A stretch of 64,000 nt of DNA from Octopus vulgaris (lineage: Eukaryota), in NCBI GenBank assembly GCA_951406725.2, contig OX597823.1, positions 39,804,001 through 39,868,000 of the forward strand, written 5' to 3'. This document shows, piece by piece, positions 13,889 through 26,802 of the stretch (positions are counted from its first letter, which is position 1; every line of letters begins with the position of its first letter). Below the pieces are notes generated by a model. That model was not told the DNA's origin, made no database searches, and saw only the letters and a list, made by a program, of their open reading frames with translations. The position numbers were made by a program, and so were the translations under genes.

Positions 13889-14233
13889 CTTCTCTACGCT
13901 TTTTGAGAGTCTCAGTGTACTCCTTGCTATTCATGGTGCAGTCACTTTCCAGAAAATCAAGGATTGCCATTCCCTAAAACATACCCAAAACACTCACCAT
14001 GACTTTGCTCTTGAACTTCTAAGATCTTGAAGAAGAGACATGATGCCATTCTATGACTTCAGCCTTCATTATCAAATCATAAAGATACGCCCACATTTCA
14101 TTCCCTGTCACCATACCGAAAAAAAGCAAGAAAGAAAAAAAGAAACGTATCTTCATGGGCTTTAAACATGTAGCAGATTCAAAATCGAATCGCTAGACAA
14201 GCAAGCGAATTCCTCGCTGAAATCACTTTTGAC

Positions 14234-14320
14234 TCACGTGATCGGCTGATTAACTAACCAATCAGCGTCGAGTTATCACGTGATTCGACTTTCTTGAACC
14301 TTCGAATGAGTCTTATAAAA
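14234..14320 (+). promoter_or_regulatory. Candidate Pol II promoter (E-box / CCAAT / E-box / TATA)
   Basis: TCACGTGA 14234, AACCAATCAGC 14256, ATCACGTGAT 14275, TATAAAA 14314. Downstream donor CCCA|GTGAGT at 14525/14526. Confidence 0.45.
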
Positions 14321-16919
14321 AGTGGATTTTTGGCGGTAACTTCAAAATGCCGATACAGTTGTTTTAACAACTCCACTCTTATTTTTTCCCCATTTACCAG
14401 CTGTACAGATTGAAGGTACAGATTAGCCGTCATGCATTTGGCATATTTCCCCAAATGCGATGGACTAGTCACAGATCAATATGTTCCAGCTATTTTGTCG
14501 TGGACAACAGAGTTTGTCTCTCCCAGTGAGTATAAGTTGTTCTTTTTTATTCTTCATTCAAAGACCAACACAGAAAGCACCATGTACAGTAAATAAAGCT
14601 TCTGTTAATTGTTCGTGAGAGATGTTTATCATTTTATACGTAACCAACAAGTAAACAGTTATACGACAATCATTTTCAGCAGATCAGAGCAAACTTCCGA
14701 CATTTTCTCCTTCAAATTGAGTGTGAACTGATTGCACCTTATACTCCAAAGTCTTTCGTTATCTTCTGTAATTCACTATTATTACAGTCCACTTGAGCAG
14801 CAATTCATATTCACATATTTATAGAAAAAAAAACATACAAACTCGTTATAAAGTTCTCGTGCAGTTTTAAATGGGTATACTTTTAGTTTTATGTTTTGTA
14901 GAATTAACGTGTGTAAAAAGGTAAATGGAATAATTCATCGTAATTGTCAATAGATTTATTCTTAAAATTGTTGATGTTCCGCATGCCCACCTTATTCCAT
15001 GTACAAACCGTAATTCTGGAGTTCTAGATATAAGTTTTGTAGTTGGTTTCCAGATACACCTTAAGATCACATTAGTTACCCAAGCACGCAAATCACAAAC
15101 CCATAGAATGATGTTTGGTTGAATAAGGAGTTGTCTTTATATGTCTTCCTTTGAAAGAGAAGTAAGCATTAATTTTTTTGAAAATTGATAAATTATGATT
15201 TAAAAAAAAATTCATTAGATTACAATAAATATATCAGAATTTTAAATGATCTTTTCAGGTTAATTTTATCATATACAGATCAACGTCCAGGCTATGACCT
15301 TAAACTGCATCCAGTTGTGGAGCTCTGTTTCGGAAGTACTTGGCATTTTGAGGAGTGTGAAACCAACTCTTACCCATTATTGTTCTCGGGTCTTCTCTGA
15401 CCCAGAATAGTCGCACTGTCAGGGCCCTGGCTATAGGTTGATTAGAATGTCATGGAATTGCCTCCTGAAGAAAGTCACTCACAGACATTTCAATGAACTC
15501 AGAGTAGATGAGGCCCTTCAGTTCTTTAGTTGCTCATCTAAGAGAAGGTAACTTCGTACAAATCCTTCATTCCGATAGCTACTGGGTTCATGACACTTGT
15601 TGCATCAGACCAATATAAGTTTGAAGGTTGAAAGAGTGGGACTGATTCTGCACACCATGCCCTTTATAATAATAAACCCCTGCTACCTTGTTAGGTAATT
15701 TATTGAGCTTTTCAAAAAAAGGGCAAAAGGAGTAAACCCCTACAGAAAATTCAGAGGAACTGACCCTAAGACAGATATGTACGGCTATACTTAACCAATA
15801 TCTGGTACACTCCATGAATGCTATGAATATACCAACTTGTCTTTCCTTTGTGGAATATTCATGTGTGTATCTGGGGTTAGATACTTGCTCCTTTAAACAG
15901 CCCAGGCACAATAGAGGTGTTTAAGTTAACGTCTCTGCAATGCTGTCGACCAATGATGGAAAAAACCCACCCATATAGAACTAAATTTATAAACATTTAA
16001 TGCTTAAAACTTTACAAGGACTTTATAATGATTCTTTATAATAATTTTATTATTTGCTTTCATTTTAGAAACTAAAAACAGGAGGTAAGACAGCTTTCGA
16101 TAATTCTGTTATTAAATGCTAGTAGTGTATATTTATCTCGTTATATATTTACAACATCAAGAAGACCATACATAGTAACTCAGCTTCCTAGAAAAAACAG
16201 CCAAACGTCCCTTGAACCAAAGCTTATCTTAAAGGGACACTAAAAATATCTCTCCTTTGTTCTGGATAATCTGATGTTAAGTCTGTTGAAGTCAAAGCTG
16301 AACTGAGCCTAAATAACAACTGTAGTAGTTGCAGCCTCCCGTATTTAGTAGAGTATAGTGCATTCCCCAAAATAGACCCCCTCTCACCACTACTACTGAT
16401 TTTGTACCCACAATCAGAAATCTCTTTAATCCTCTTATCTTTCTTTGCTCACACTCTAATAGGAAATATTGCTAGCTCACCGCTGTTGAGGATTAACTTT
16501 CTGGCATTATACGGATATATAAGTAATTTCATTAGGTCAATGAAAGATATGCGTTGACCTTGAAGACAGCAATGTTCACTAACTGGAAGCGATCAATCGA
16601 ACTGATTGATCAGTACTGGTGATTGGGTCATATCTATTTGATAACCTATCGATAAATCAGATAGAGAAATGATTGAAACCACTGGCCACCCTGTTTACTG
16701 AGTGGTAAAGACTAAAGATGCAAGTCGTTTGTATTTAAACGTTCAGAAAGAGAAACTACCGAAAGTGAAACTTGAGAGCAACAGGATAAAATAATAAAAG
16801 AAAAGAATGTTCGTTAATTTTTGACAAAAACTGAAACTAAATTATTGACAAATGAAACTGAAAAAAATTATAATATTTTATTCTCAATTTGATGTTTTGT
16901 CTCAAAATAATTTTTGTAT

Positions 16920-17651
16920 AGCAGACAAGGATGTGTGGCTGAGAAACTCATTTTGCAGCCAAGTGGTTTCGCGTTTAGTGCAAATATTATCTACTATGGC
17001 CCTGGGCCGATTAATGCCTAGTGAGTGGATTTGACCGGCAGAAACTGTGTAGAATCCCATCGTACACACACATACATATATGTATGTACATAAATAAATA
17101 AATAAATAAATAAATAAATATATATGTGTGATATAGCTGAAAGGAAGAGCAAAGCCTGGGCGGCATGCCACAGTTTGAGATCTGTATGGAAGCCTGACTT
17201 TCGTAAACACCTGAAGATTCGTCTCTTCGTTGCTGCAGTGGAGCCTGTGCTGTCGCACGGGTCTAGACTTGAACACTGACCAAGAAACTCACTCAGATGG
17301 TGGATGGGTGCTATACAAAAATGGTGAGGATGGCTCTGAACATTAATCAGTATACACTAAAGATGAAGAACTCAGAGGTGTACGAGAGCCTCCCAATAGT
17401 TAGCTCGGAAACAACACAGAGGAAATTGAGGTTAGCTGGACATGCTCACCGTCATTAAGAGTTGGTACAGCACTCAGTGATCCTGTTGGAGCCCCTACAC
17501 GGACACACTAGAAGAAAGAAACCGGGGATGATATATGTTGATGTTCTAAGGTCAAATAGTGGCCTCTGTGAGGCACAGGACATGGCAGCAATGATGAGGG
17601 ACAAAGACCGCTGGAGAGAACTCGCTCATGGATCTCGGGAATGTTACCCGC

Positions 17652-17688
<37 letters not shown>

Positions 17689-17910
17689 TTCTTTGTGTTT
17701 GTGGTCTCCACCACTCACCATCACCGCTTGACAACTGGTGTTAGTTTGTTTACGTCTCCGTAACTTAGCGTTTCGGCAAAGAGACCATTAAGAAAAGTGA
17801 CAGACTTTAAAAATATAAATACTGGGATCGATTTGTTCGACTAAAAGTCTTCAAGACGACGCCTAGCATGACCAGAGTCCAGTGACTGGAACAACCAAAG
17901 ATAGAAGGTA
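16920..17910 (+). mobile_element. SINE family A split by a LINE fragment (head 16920-17065, tail 17680-17910)
   Basis: Diverged family A head and tail flank the RTE-like fragment. Confidence 0.6.
17135..17650 (+). mobile_element. 3' fragment of an RTE-group LINE ORF
   Basis: RKSKAWAACHSLRSVWK..HLKIRLFVAAVEPVL, DGCYTKMVRMALNI, RKLRLAGHAHRH and RDKDRWRE motifs, with stops and frameshifts. Confidence 0.8.
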
Positions 17911-18821
17911 AAGAAATATGACGGCATTCTTTCGTTTTGGAATCCCATAACCAAAGTGAAAATATCGACACTATTCGACAATCTCCAAGCAGATATGTCG
18001 AATTGACACCAATCTACCATTATTTCTCAAAAATTTCTTCTGAAAAAACAAAATTTCAAGTTTTTAATTTCTCCTCTATTTTTTTTATTTTTTTTATTTT
18101 TTGCGATTTTTCAAAATTACAATTTTTTTTAATGCTTGATTGCTTAGGGTATTTCGTTTTTATATTTGGTTTGTAAGATACCTGAGGTGAACTCTTGTAT
18201 TGGAACAGATTTTATAGAATCTTGGGAGGGTCATTATATCCATAACAAACACACGCACTGGTTCTATTTCATTTCTTTACTTTCTTTATTTGTTAATAAT
18301 TAACCAAGCAACAAATTGATTCTTTGACTAATTGTTCGGGCAATCTTCCTACTTTCATTTTGTGATCATAAAACGAAAAGATACCGAAACGGCTGAACCA
18401 TTCAGACGGCAAGTATTGTGAAAATCGAAGAGGAGGACATAATTAACTCTGATGATCTGTTTGAAAAGATTTGCTTCCTACGGTAGATTTGTACCATAAC
18501 AATTGATATTAAAATTACCATTAAGTTTATTACATCGTTGGGATTAATTAATAATTGAGCGGTGTGCTGTAATGAGCTAATGTGTTTGGTAACTCGCCAG
18601 ATATATTCAGATGGATAACTGAGAGATTGTATGTACAAGCAGTACCGAAGCAGTAGACAAGATGTATGTATGTATGTATGTATGTATGTATGTATGTATG
18701 TATGTATGTATGCATGTGTGTTCTCATTCCCTTTTTCTTTTTCATTTAGAGTAAATTTTGACCGGCCAACGACTTGGTAGCAAGGTTGTGAAGAAAAGTA
18801 TCTTGATTTAACCGTCATCCT

Positions 18822-19050
18822 TTAAATCTTAATAAGGTCTTGCAGATTTTTTATAATCCCTGATATCGTGATCATTTGTAGCATATGAATTAAGGATTTA
18901 CATTCTCTCCTCGAGATTCCAAGTTCAGCCATACCTCTTTGTTCCAGACGGGTTGGTTTGTATCCTACTGCCCCTATAATAATGGGTATGAAGCCGAAAG
19001 TGTATTTGGGTACTGGATTTGCAAACTCCTTATTAATGGTCCATAGATGC
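18822..19050 (-). mobile_element. R4/Dong-like LINE C-terminal (restriction-like endonuclease end) fragment
   Basis: PKYTFGFIPIIIGAVGYKP...LQMITISGIIK matches the 'PIVIGALG.VP' motif of RLE-type elements. Confidence 0.55.
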
Positions 19051-19578
19051 CCCCCTTCTGTTGTGTATGTATGTATGTATGTATGTATGTATGAATGTAT
19101 GTATATATGTATGCATGTGCGTGCGTACATACGTACGTAGTATGTTTGTAAGTATGTATATATGTATGTATATTATGTATGTTATATATCTATATACGTA
19201 TGTATGTATGTATGTATATTGATCACGCTTTACAAAATGCGTAAGGACACCTTTCACAGAGGAGTTATAATAAACCCAAGACGTATCTGTTTCTTCCACC
19301 TGTTGGTTTTATGCATCAAATTCACTCTTCTCTAGTATATTTTCTATATTTTCCAAAACTTCAATTAATTGATTTTATAAGTGCTATTTCCTTTGCCTGT
19401 AGTTTTCAGAAATTAAACTTGTCTAGAGGGAGTTATTGTCTGCTAGTTTGAATAATCTCATTTAACTCAAGATAAACCACTCACTTCATTACGTATGTAA
19501 GATATTCCTGTATTTCTTTTATTATTTTACGCACAGAATTCTTATTTGAGGTTGTTTTCGTCAGCCATGTTCTGAACG

Positions 19579-19660
<82 letters not shown>

Positions 19661-19663
<3 letters not shown>

Positions 19664-19941
19664 CAATTTCTGTCTGTCTGTTACTATCTTGGTGCCTATA
19701 CTAGCGAACCAATCTTCACGAAACTTTGCAAACATATTAAACTAACATCCAGTTAAATTATAGTCTAATTGGATTTCAATAAAAATCGTTGACAGGGGTT
19801 GGGCTATTATATGATAAAATGAGAAAGGCGCAAAAGGTATTAGGTTCAGGGAAATGCGGTGGCATAATGAGGGTGACAGATGTCATGGAAGGCGAGAAGA
19901 TAGGAAGAGACAGAGAGATAGAACGAAAGACAAGGAGAGAG

Positions 19942-19986
<45 letters not shown>

Positions 19987-21119
19987 CAGAGAGAGTATGT
20001 GTTTACTGAAGGAACAACGAATTTTAATACTTTGTTCTTTAATTTTTACCTATCACTTAACGCATACGCTATAGTGAATTAGCTATCGTATGCTCAGTCA
20101 AAACTTTTACAATATGTCAACAACAGATGTAAAACTAACAATTGAAAGGTAAAGTGTTTTTATATTTGTTTTCAAATCACCGTATAAAGATTTATTAAAA
20201 CTTTGCCAACGTACTGAAACAATAACACTATAGATAATGTCTTTCATTTTCTTCCATAGATGAATAACCCGTCGTTGTCGGGCAATTTTACTATAGAATT
20301 TCTTATACAAATTTTTGTTTACTCCATACAAGACCATGTTTTCCTCGACACATAGGCCTTTTGATCAGGACAGATTTGTGCAATTTTTCGCAAAAAATTC
20401 CATGACGATCTTTTTCCTTTTTAAATTATTTACATGTTTATTCGACCGTGTCACGTGACTTTATTCATGAAAACTTATCAAAACCTCAGAAGTTCTTGCA
20501 ACTTTGGTCGTCGTAATGCTTTGCTTTCGTTTGTTAAAAAAAAAATTTCTCCTCCCAAAATGATTTTGCCTTCATTTTGTGATAGACAGCTATCATGCAG
20601 AAAATGCCAGCTTCAACATCCTGTTTTCTGGATCAATTTTAGATAAAATTGATTAAACTTTTAAACTCCAGTAACAATTTATTGCAAATTTTCTAGAACA
20701 AATAAATAACAAAATCTGATTTAACGTGGAAAATTATTTCCACATACCAAATTTGAAAATTTTGACGTAATCTTAAAATTTCACAATGTGACAACAACAG
20801 GGAAGACCCTCAAAATTGATAATAATCAACCATCAATCAATTGCTTCATAGTCGCACATCATCAGTCTTCTCATCCTTCCAACCATCCACCAATTCAACT
20901 TTGATATTACCTTACCATTACAATCGATCAGTTTTATGATTTAACTGTATAACTTGCGTGTATTTGTAAATCTATCCCATGTCGCCGTGTATTTATAAAT
21001 TTATTTGTAATCTAAACGGGAACAGAACAGGAAACAGGATAGGACATGAAACAGTGTAATGGGAATGGGAACTGGAAATAATCACCGCTTTTCCGGGTAC
21101 TACCGGGTAATTCAGCTAG
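19661..21119 (+). mobile_element. Composite Helitron: H2 5' end, inverted H2 3' piece (20257-20812), different hairpin-CTAG 3' end
   Basis: 19661-19830 is the reverse complement of ~12950-13115. 20257-20812 parallels 11718-12262. Ends CCGGGTACTACCGGG...CAGCTAG. Confidence 0.6.
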
Positions 21120-21299
21120 CGTATATGTGTGTGCGTATGCGTTGTGTGCATGTATGCACACACACACACACATTCACACACTCACTCACACACACACACA
21201 CACACATATGAGTGAGTGAGCAAACAAAAGAAGGGCACTCAACAAATGTACTGGGGGTTACATGCATGGATAAAAACGCTTTGATTCAAATTCGTAGGT

Positions 21300-21590
21300 A
21301 CTCTTGAGTTTCACGCGTGATGCTAGTCGTCAGCCATTTTAAATTCGAATGACAAAACTTGATTGCTATTACCGTAAGGTGGGCTGCGATTGGTCGAGGA
21401 AGGTCACACGGTATCGTGGTTTGATGTTAGTATATGGGTAACAGTCAGTCAGAAAATACCGTATGCTGAACAAGAAATTGACCACGTGGAGGAGAGGAAA
21501 TAGACCACGTGGCGATAAGGAAATTGGTCAGATTGTTGGTGGGGGTGGAAGTAGGAAGAGGCAGTATATAGTTCTATCTGTAGGTGAGTA
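21300..21590. promoter_or_regulatory. Candidate cis-regulatory cluster
   Basis: GCCATTTT 21333, ATTGG 21389 and 21523, GACCACGTGG twice (~21480, 21503), donor-like AG|GTGAGT ~21584. CpG-richer than the flanks. Confidence 0.3.
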
Positions 21591-21914
21591 GATGTGCTCA
21601 TATAGTTTTGCGTGCATGTGTGTATTGATGCGAGCGTGCGCATCTGTACATGCCTGTGCACGTGCATGTCTGCGCACACACACACACACACACACATGCT
21701 TGGATGAACATGCACGCGTGTTCTACCTGCTGTTATTTCCAGCAGGTAGATATACTTAGTATGTCCTATGATTAATTTTAGTCCTTCATATATATATATA
21801 TATAATTTTTTTTCTAATTTATATATATATATATTATATTTTGTGAAATTTGATTTAGTATTTCTAAACTGAATTTTTCCCTGTAAGTTTGCAATAATAT
21901 TCCCTCATTATTAT

Positions 21915-21975
<61 letters not shown>

Positions 21976-22031
21976 TATGTATGTATATATGTATGTGTCT
22001 ATATATATTTATATATATATATGTATGTATG

Positions 22032-22122
<91 letters not shown>

Positions 22123-22162
22123 GTGTGTGTGTGTGTGTGTGCACATACATATATACATACAT

Positions 22163-22357
22163 ACAAAGGGATGTGGGTTCGACTCCCACACGGATGGGAA
22201 AGCCTTCTTTTTTCTGTTGAGGGCTTATATGTCCCTATATTAGACTATTTTCCTTAGTAATTGCAAGGAAAATAGTCTAATAAAGGGGCATATAAGCCCT
22301 CAACAGAAGAAAGAAGGCTTTCCCATCCGTGTGGGAGTCGAACCCACATCCCTTTGT
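22163..22357. repeat. Fold-back inverted repeat (93 bp arms, 9 nt spacer) of a B-box-containing element; third direct copy at 22510-22622
   Basis: Arms 22163-22255 and 22265-22357 are near-perfect reverse complements and contain GGTTCGACTCCC. Confidence 0.9.
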
Positions 22358-23642
22358 TAACACGGCGGCGCCGTAATAAAGAAAACTATTCGCACCGAAA
22401 GCATATAGAAAGTTTGTTTACGTCGTAAAAATAAAATACTAACTAATATATAGTTCTTAAATTTAACAGTAAAGGGAAGGCTGATTCGCTGGTTCAAAGG
22501 CAACATATTTAGTCGCGTTAACAAAGGGATATGGGTTCGATTCCCACGCGGATATGAAAGCCTTCGTTTTTCTGTCTAGGGCTTATAATGCCCCTTTACT
22601 AGACTATTTTCCTTAGTCATTGATCTCCATAAGCTTTAAGCTTATATAAAAATATCATTATTATTATTTACAGGATTGTAAATCACGGCGTCGTAATAAA
22701 AAAAATCGCACCGAGATATGTTTGTGTGTGTGTGTATATATATGTGTGTGTGTGTGTGCACATACATACAAGTTTGTGATGGTGCCCCTTCTACCGCTTG
22801 ACAACTGGTGTGTTTACGTCTCCGTAACTTAGAGTAAGTGGCAGGCTTAAGAAAAAAGATAGTCCTGGGGTCCATTTGTTCGACTAAAATTCTCTAAGTC
22901 GGTGCCCTAGCATGGCCGCAGTCTAATGACTGAAACAAGTAAAAAGATAAAAGATATACGCTTATCTATCCTTGTACTTAAATACACACACACATATTCG
23001 CGTCTCCTCCTTACTACCGCCACCACCACCGCATCACACCTGTAAGAGATTTGTTAAGCTGCAACAATCTGCATCAGGCGCTCAGGTTAAGAACGTGTTA
23101 CCAAAGTATTATTCATTAAGCTTCACATACGCCCTCCGTAGCCCCACCATGACCAACACTCCTCTGAAGTATTAATATTAAACTGTGCCTCCTTAACTGT
23201 CCAATTTATTTAAAGCTACTCTGAGAGCACAGCAGTAGTGAAGAGGAACAACGTGACCCTCTGAAACAAACTACCTCAACATGAGTCGATGAGGAGAGTC
23301 TCCGTGCAATCACGAGATGTTACTAGAAATAGCAGTCAAAACTCCTTCTCTTGTTGTCCTTTATCTTTCAGTTGTTTCAGTTACTGAATTGCGGCCATGT
23401 TATGGAACCACCTTTAAGCAATTTACTCAAACAAATCGCCCCCGGTACTTGTGTAATTTTGTTAAGCTTGGCACTTACTCTTGCGGTTTCTTTTTTGCTG
23501 AACCGTTACGTTACGAGGACGTAAACAAACCAATACCAGTTGTCAAGCGATGGTGAGAAACAAACAACAAATACGATGGCACACATACACACACACACAA
23601 ACAAATACAAACACTGTATGTATGTGTGTGCACGCACGCGCA

Positions 23643-23686
<44 letters not shown>

Positions 23687-23847
23687 CACACACACACACA
23701 CACAGTTTAAAATTAATAGGAGAAATCCAACGGAACAATTACAATACTTCATTTCCTTCTCTCCCAATATCTAGCTTGTTCCGACAACGTCATTTTAAAT
23801 TCCAAACGTCCATTGTTCGTATGTAAATATTTTGTGAATGAGCGTAA

Positions 23848-23905
<58 letters not shown>

Positions 23906-23909
<4 letters not shown>

Positions 23910-24112
23910 ATCCAAACATTAAAATACCAAGAGAAAACACAACAACGCGAGGACGTGCAACAAATATAGTATTATTGGACGCTCAGGAAGGAAGGGAAGA
24001 AGGAGGGTTTTACGTTTCGAGCGGAGCTCTTCGTCAGAAACATAGGAAAAGGAAAGGTCCAGAGAAGGGAAGACGGAGAAAAAAAATCGCCAACGGTACA
24101 CATGCGGTCACA
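23906..24112 (-). mobile_element. ~200 bp hammerhead-bearing element between (TA)n and (TATG)n arrays
   Basis: Contains the ribozyme motif at 24007-24041. Similar to 1986-2185. Confidence 0.65.
24007..24041 (-). ncRNA. Minimal type I hammerhead ribozyme motif
   Basis: GTTT-CTGACGA-A-GAGC-TCC-GCTC-GAAA-CG-TA-AAAC. Intact core, helix I GTTT/AAAC, helix II GAGC/GCTC, palindromic ACGT helix III, GUA cleavage triplet. Confidence 0.75.
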
Positions 24113-24368
24113 ATGTATGTATGTATGTATGTATGTATGTATGTATGTATGTATGTATGTATGTATGTATGTATGTATGTATGTATGTGTGTGTGTAAGA
24201 GTTTATAGTTTGATGAGTGTGTATGTATGTGTTAGTGTACGCTTGTGTTTTGCATGAATATTATCTTTTGCATGAGTGTGAACGCCTCTGTCCATATAAA
24301 TATAAATGCGTTACATTTTGAAGGTCTTTCTTTTTAGGTTAACATGTTTTTTTTTATGAGCTTGTTAT

Positions 24369-24613
24369 TAGTGGCGGACTGATCTAAAAATATTGGTTGC
24401 CAGGAGATTCCGGGGGCCCATCCGCAACTACAAGGGGACCACCCGCAACTGTCTACAAACACAGCCACGCTGAACTAATGCATTCTTCCAGGAGTGAATA
24501 AAAAAATTCTCGAACTTGAGGGGATGCTAACATGGGCACCCATATATGGATTCTAATGGCGCAGAGGCCCACTTGCCATCGGGCAAGGTAGCACCCTGGC
24601 CAATTCGCCACTG
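24369..24613. mobile_element. hAT-type MITE
   Basis: TIRs TAGTGGCGGACTG / CAATTCGCCACTG with an exact 8 bp TSD CTTGTTAT (24361-24368, 24614-24621). Confidence 0.85.
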
Positions 24614-24906
24614 CTTGTTATCATAAACCTCATGAAGAGATTGGTGCCCTGTTGACCATTATTTATCCTGCCGTACATTTAAGAGTGCACCCATCGAAAC
24701 GTATGTAGAGGACTTCATGACATAAATGGATTAGCCGATGTGTGCACTCCAAAATGTATATATATATAAAAGGTGCGAAATTGTAATGATCTTTGGAACG
24801 TTGACTGATGAGGAATTAGGTACGAATTATCTGTTTGTTATGTCTTTGTAAAATTTTCCGTTTGTTGTGTTTTTGCTACATTTTTGAAATATATATATAT
24901 ATATAT

Positions 24907-25725
24907 GTTAAGGGCGTTAGCAGGAAAATTTCCAGTTTGTCTTCAAGCAAAGAGATCTTTGCTGCTGTCACCTCATACTTCAACCGGGCTCTGCCAAAGG
25001 TTTCAAGGGTAATATTAGTTATATGCCAGACCCTAGCCCCCACCCAAGAGAAAGCGTCACCGGAAAGTACTGTGGTTCACACCGTTATTTTCTTTAAACG
25101 TTAAGACCAGAGCAGGTAAGAACCTCCTTAGTTTAGTTGATAAACACTTCCCCCGTACCAATAGATTCAACAAAACATTTAATAGATATACCCTGATATT
25201 ATCCTTTAGCTGTGCACCTAGTGTAAAAAGAGATTTTAGTAGGTAGGCTCAGACCCAAGGCTGGGGCAGGATGCTCATGCAGAGACAACACAACTTATCT
25301 ACGAAACGGTCACTGCAATTCGGAAATAGTTGTTTATGAGGCAGAAGTAACAGCAACAGGACCCAGTGGACAGCCGAGTGTGCAGAGGTATGGTGTGGGC
25401 AATGGGGGGTGGGGGTGGGGTGGCACTTCAGAATCCGCTTTAATAACCACAAGTCCTCATTCAACATCCCAGAGAAGATGTAACGCCACAACCATAGCCA
25501 AGCACGTCTGGACTTTAAAAGGAATCGCCACAGAGTACAGCACAAAGTGGAAGATCCTAGAGAGATGTGAAACGTACTTCAATAGCAGCAGGAAGTGCAG
25601 ATATGCCTGGCTGAGAAGAGGGCAATTTTAAAAGGTACCCAACGCCCGGATGTTTACCTGAATAGCAGGAGTGAGGTGTTTAATCCTTGCCTGCATGAAA
25701 GGAAGTATATCCTATCGCACCTGCG
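24907..25725 (+). mobile_element. Penelope-like element ORF remnant (RT thumb, linker, GIY-YIG endonuclease C-terminus)
   Basis: VSRKISSLSSSKEIF..YFNRAL, RKVLWFTP.FSLNVKTRAGK.LLSLVDKHFP..NRFNKTFNRYTL.LSFSC, TTIAKHVWTLK..EYSTKWKIL...YFNSSRKC, LNSRSEVFNPCLHERKY. Frameshifted. Confidence 0.85.
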
Positions 25726-26584
25726 CGCCCCACCATGACTGCAACCACAGGTCCCCTGTCTCGACCTTCCACCAATGCCCTTGAACCCGGTAAAAAGAGT
25801 TTGACACAAGCATACACCAAGACACCCATGTACACACACACACACATACACCTATAAAGCGGACACCCACAAAATAAACTGTCTCCCCCCCCCCAACATG
25901 CATCCCTTCACACAAATTGTACCCTCACGTATACACAGACTCTCCCACATACACATACACATTACACACCGCACACTAACATAACCCCACTCATGACTTT
26001 ATCCTTTAAGGAAAGAAAACAGACCAAGAAAAAATTATACATATGACACCGCTACGCATACCACACGCCCCATTCCCACAGGAGCACCACATTAATAGTA
26101 TACACTTTTCCCACTTCAAGATAACTCTTGCAGGCTTCACAGCGTACCCAACCAAGGGACATAAATCCTAAACTAATCACCTGACCCATTTTCCTTCCAC
26201 CACCTTTTTCACAGCAGTCACTGACCGGTTGTGCTAATCCATCTCCAACAATAGAGAGCAGTCGCATTATTCCTTTCCATATCGGCTAACTCTGATGAGC
26301 GAAAAGTTATATTCTCGGTTTGTTACCAAACACTCCATTGTATTCTTTACACGAAACCGATTGGCAAGACCAACCGTGCTGGATATTTACTACTATATAT
26401 TTCGAATAATATATATATAGAAATATTAAAATTTCTAAGTCTCTCTAAAGGAGACTACAGCAGCGGTACTGGATATTAATAATTATCGCCAAGCTAATGT
26501 GGCAGTCCAGAAATATAGGACGAATGCTGCCGTTGATTAGCTCCAAGAGGCCATCGCCTCTAGCTAGCTATATGACACACGAAC

Positions 26585-26654
<70 letters not shown>

Positions 26655-26655
<1 letters not shown>

Positions 26656-26802
26656 GTTAAGATCAGAGCAGGTAAGACCTTCCTTAGTTTAGTTGATAGA
26701 TACTTCCCCCGTACCAATAGATTCAACAAGACATTTAATAGATATACCCTGATATTACCCTTTAGCTGTGCACCTAGTGTAAAAAAGATTTTAGTAGGTA
26801 GG
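26655..26802 (+). repeat. Direct repeat of Penelope segment 25099-25247
   Basis: ~150 bp near-identical copy starting immediately after a (TA)n array. Confidence 0.9.

Noticed and set aside
21477-21527. ER-stress elements (ERSE/ERSE-II)
   Set aside because: The CCAAT-CCACG spacing is 10 rather than 9, and ATTGACCACG misses the ERSE-II consensus.
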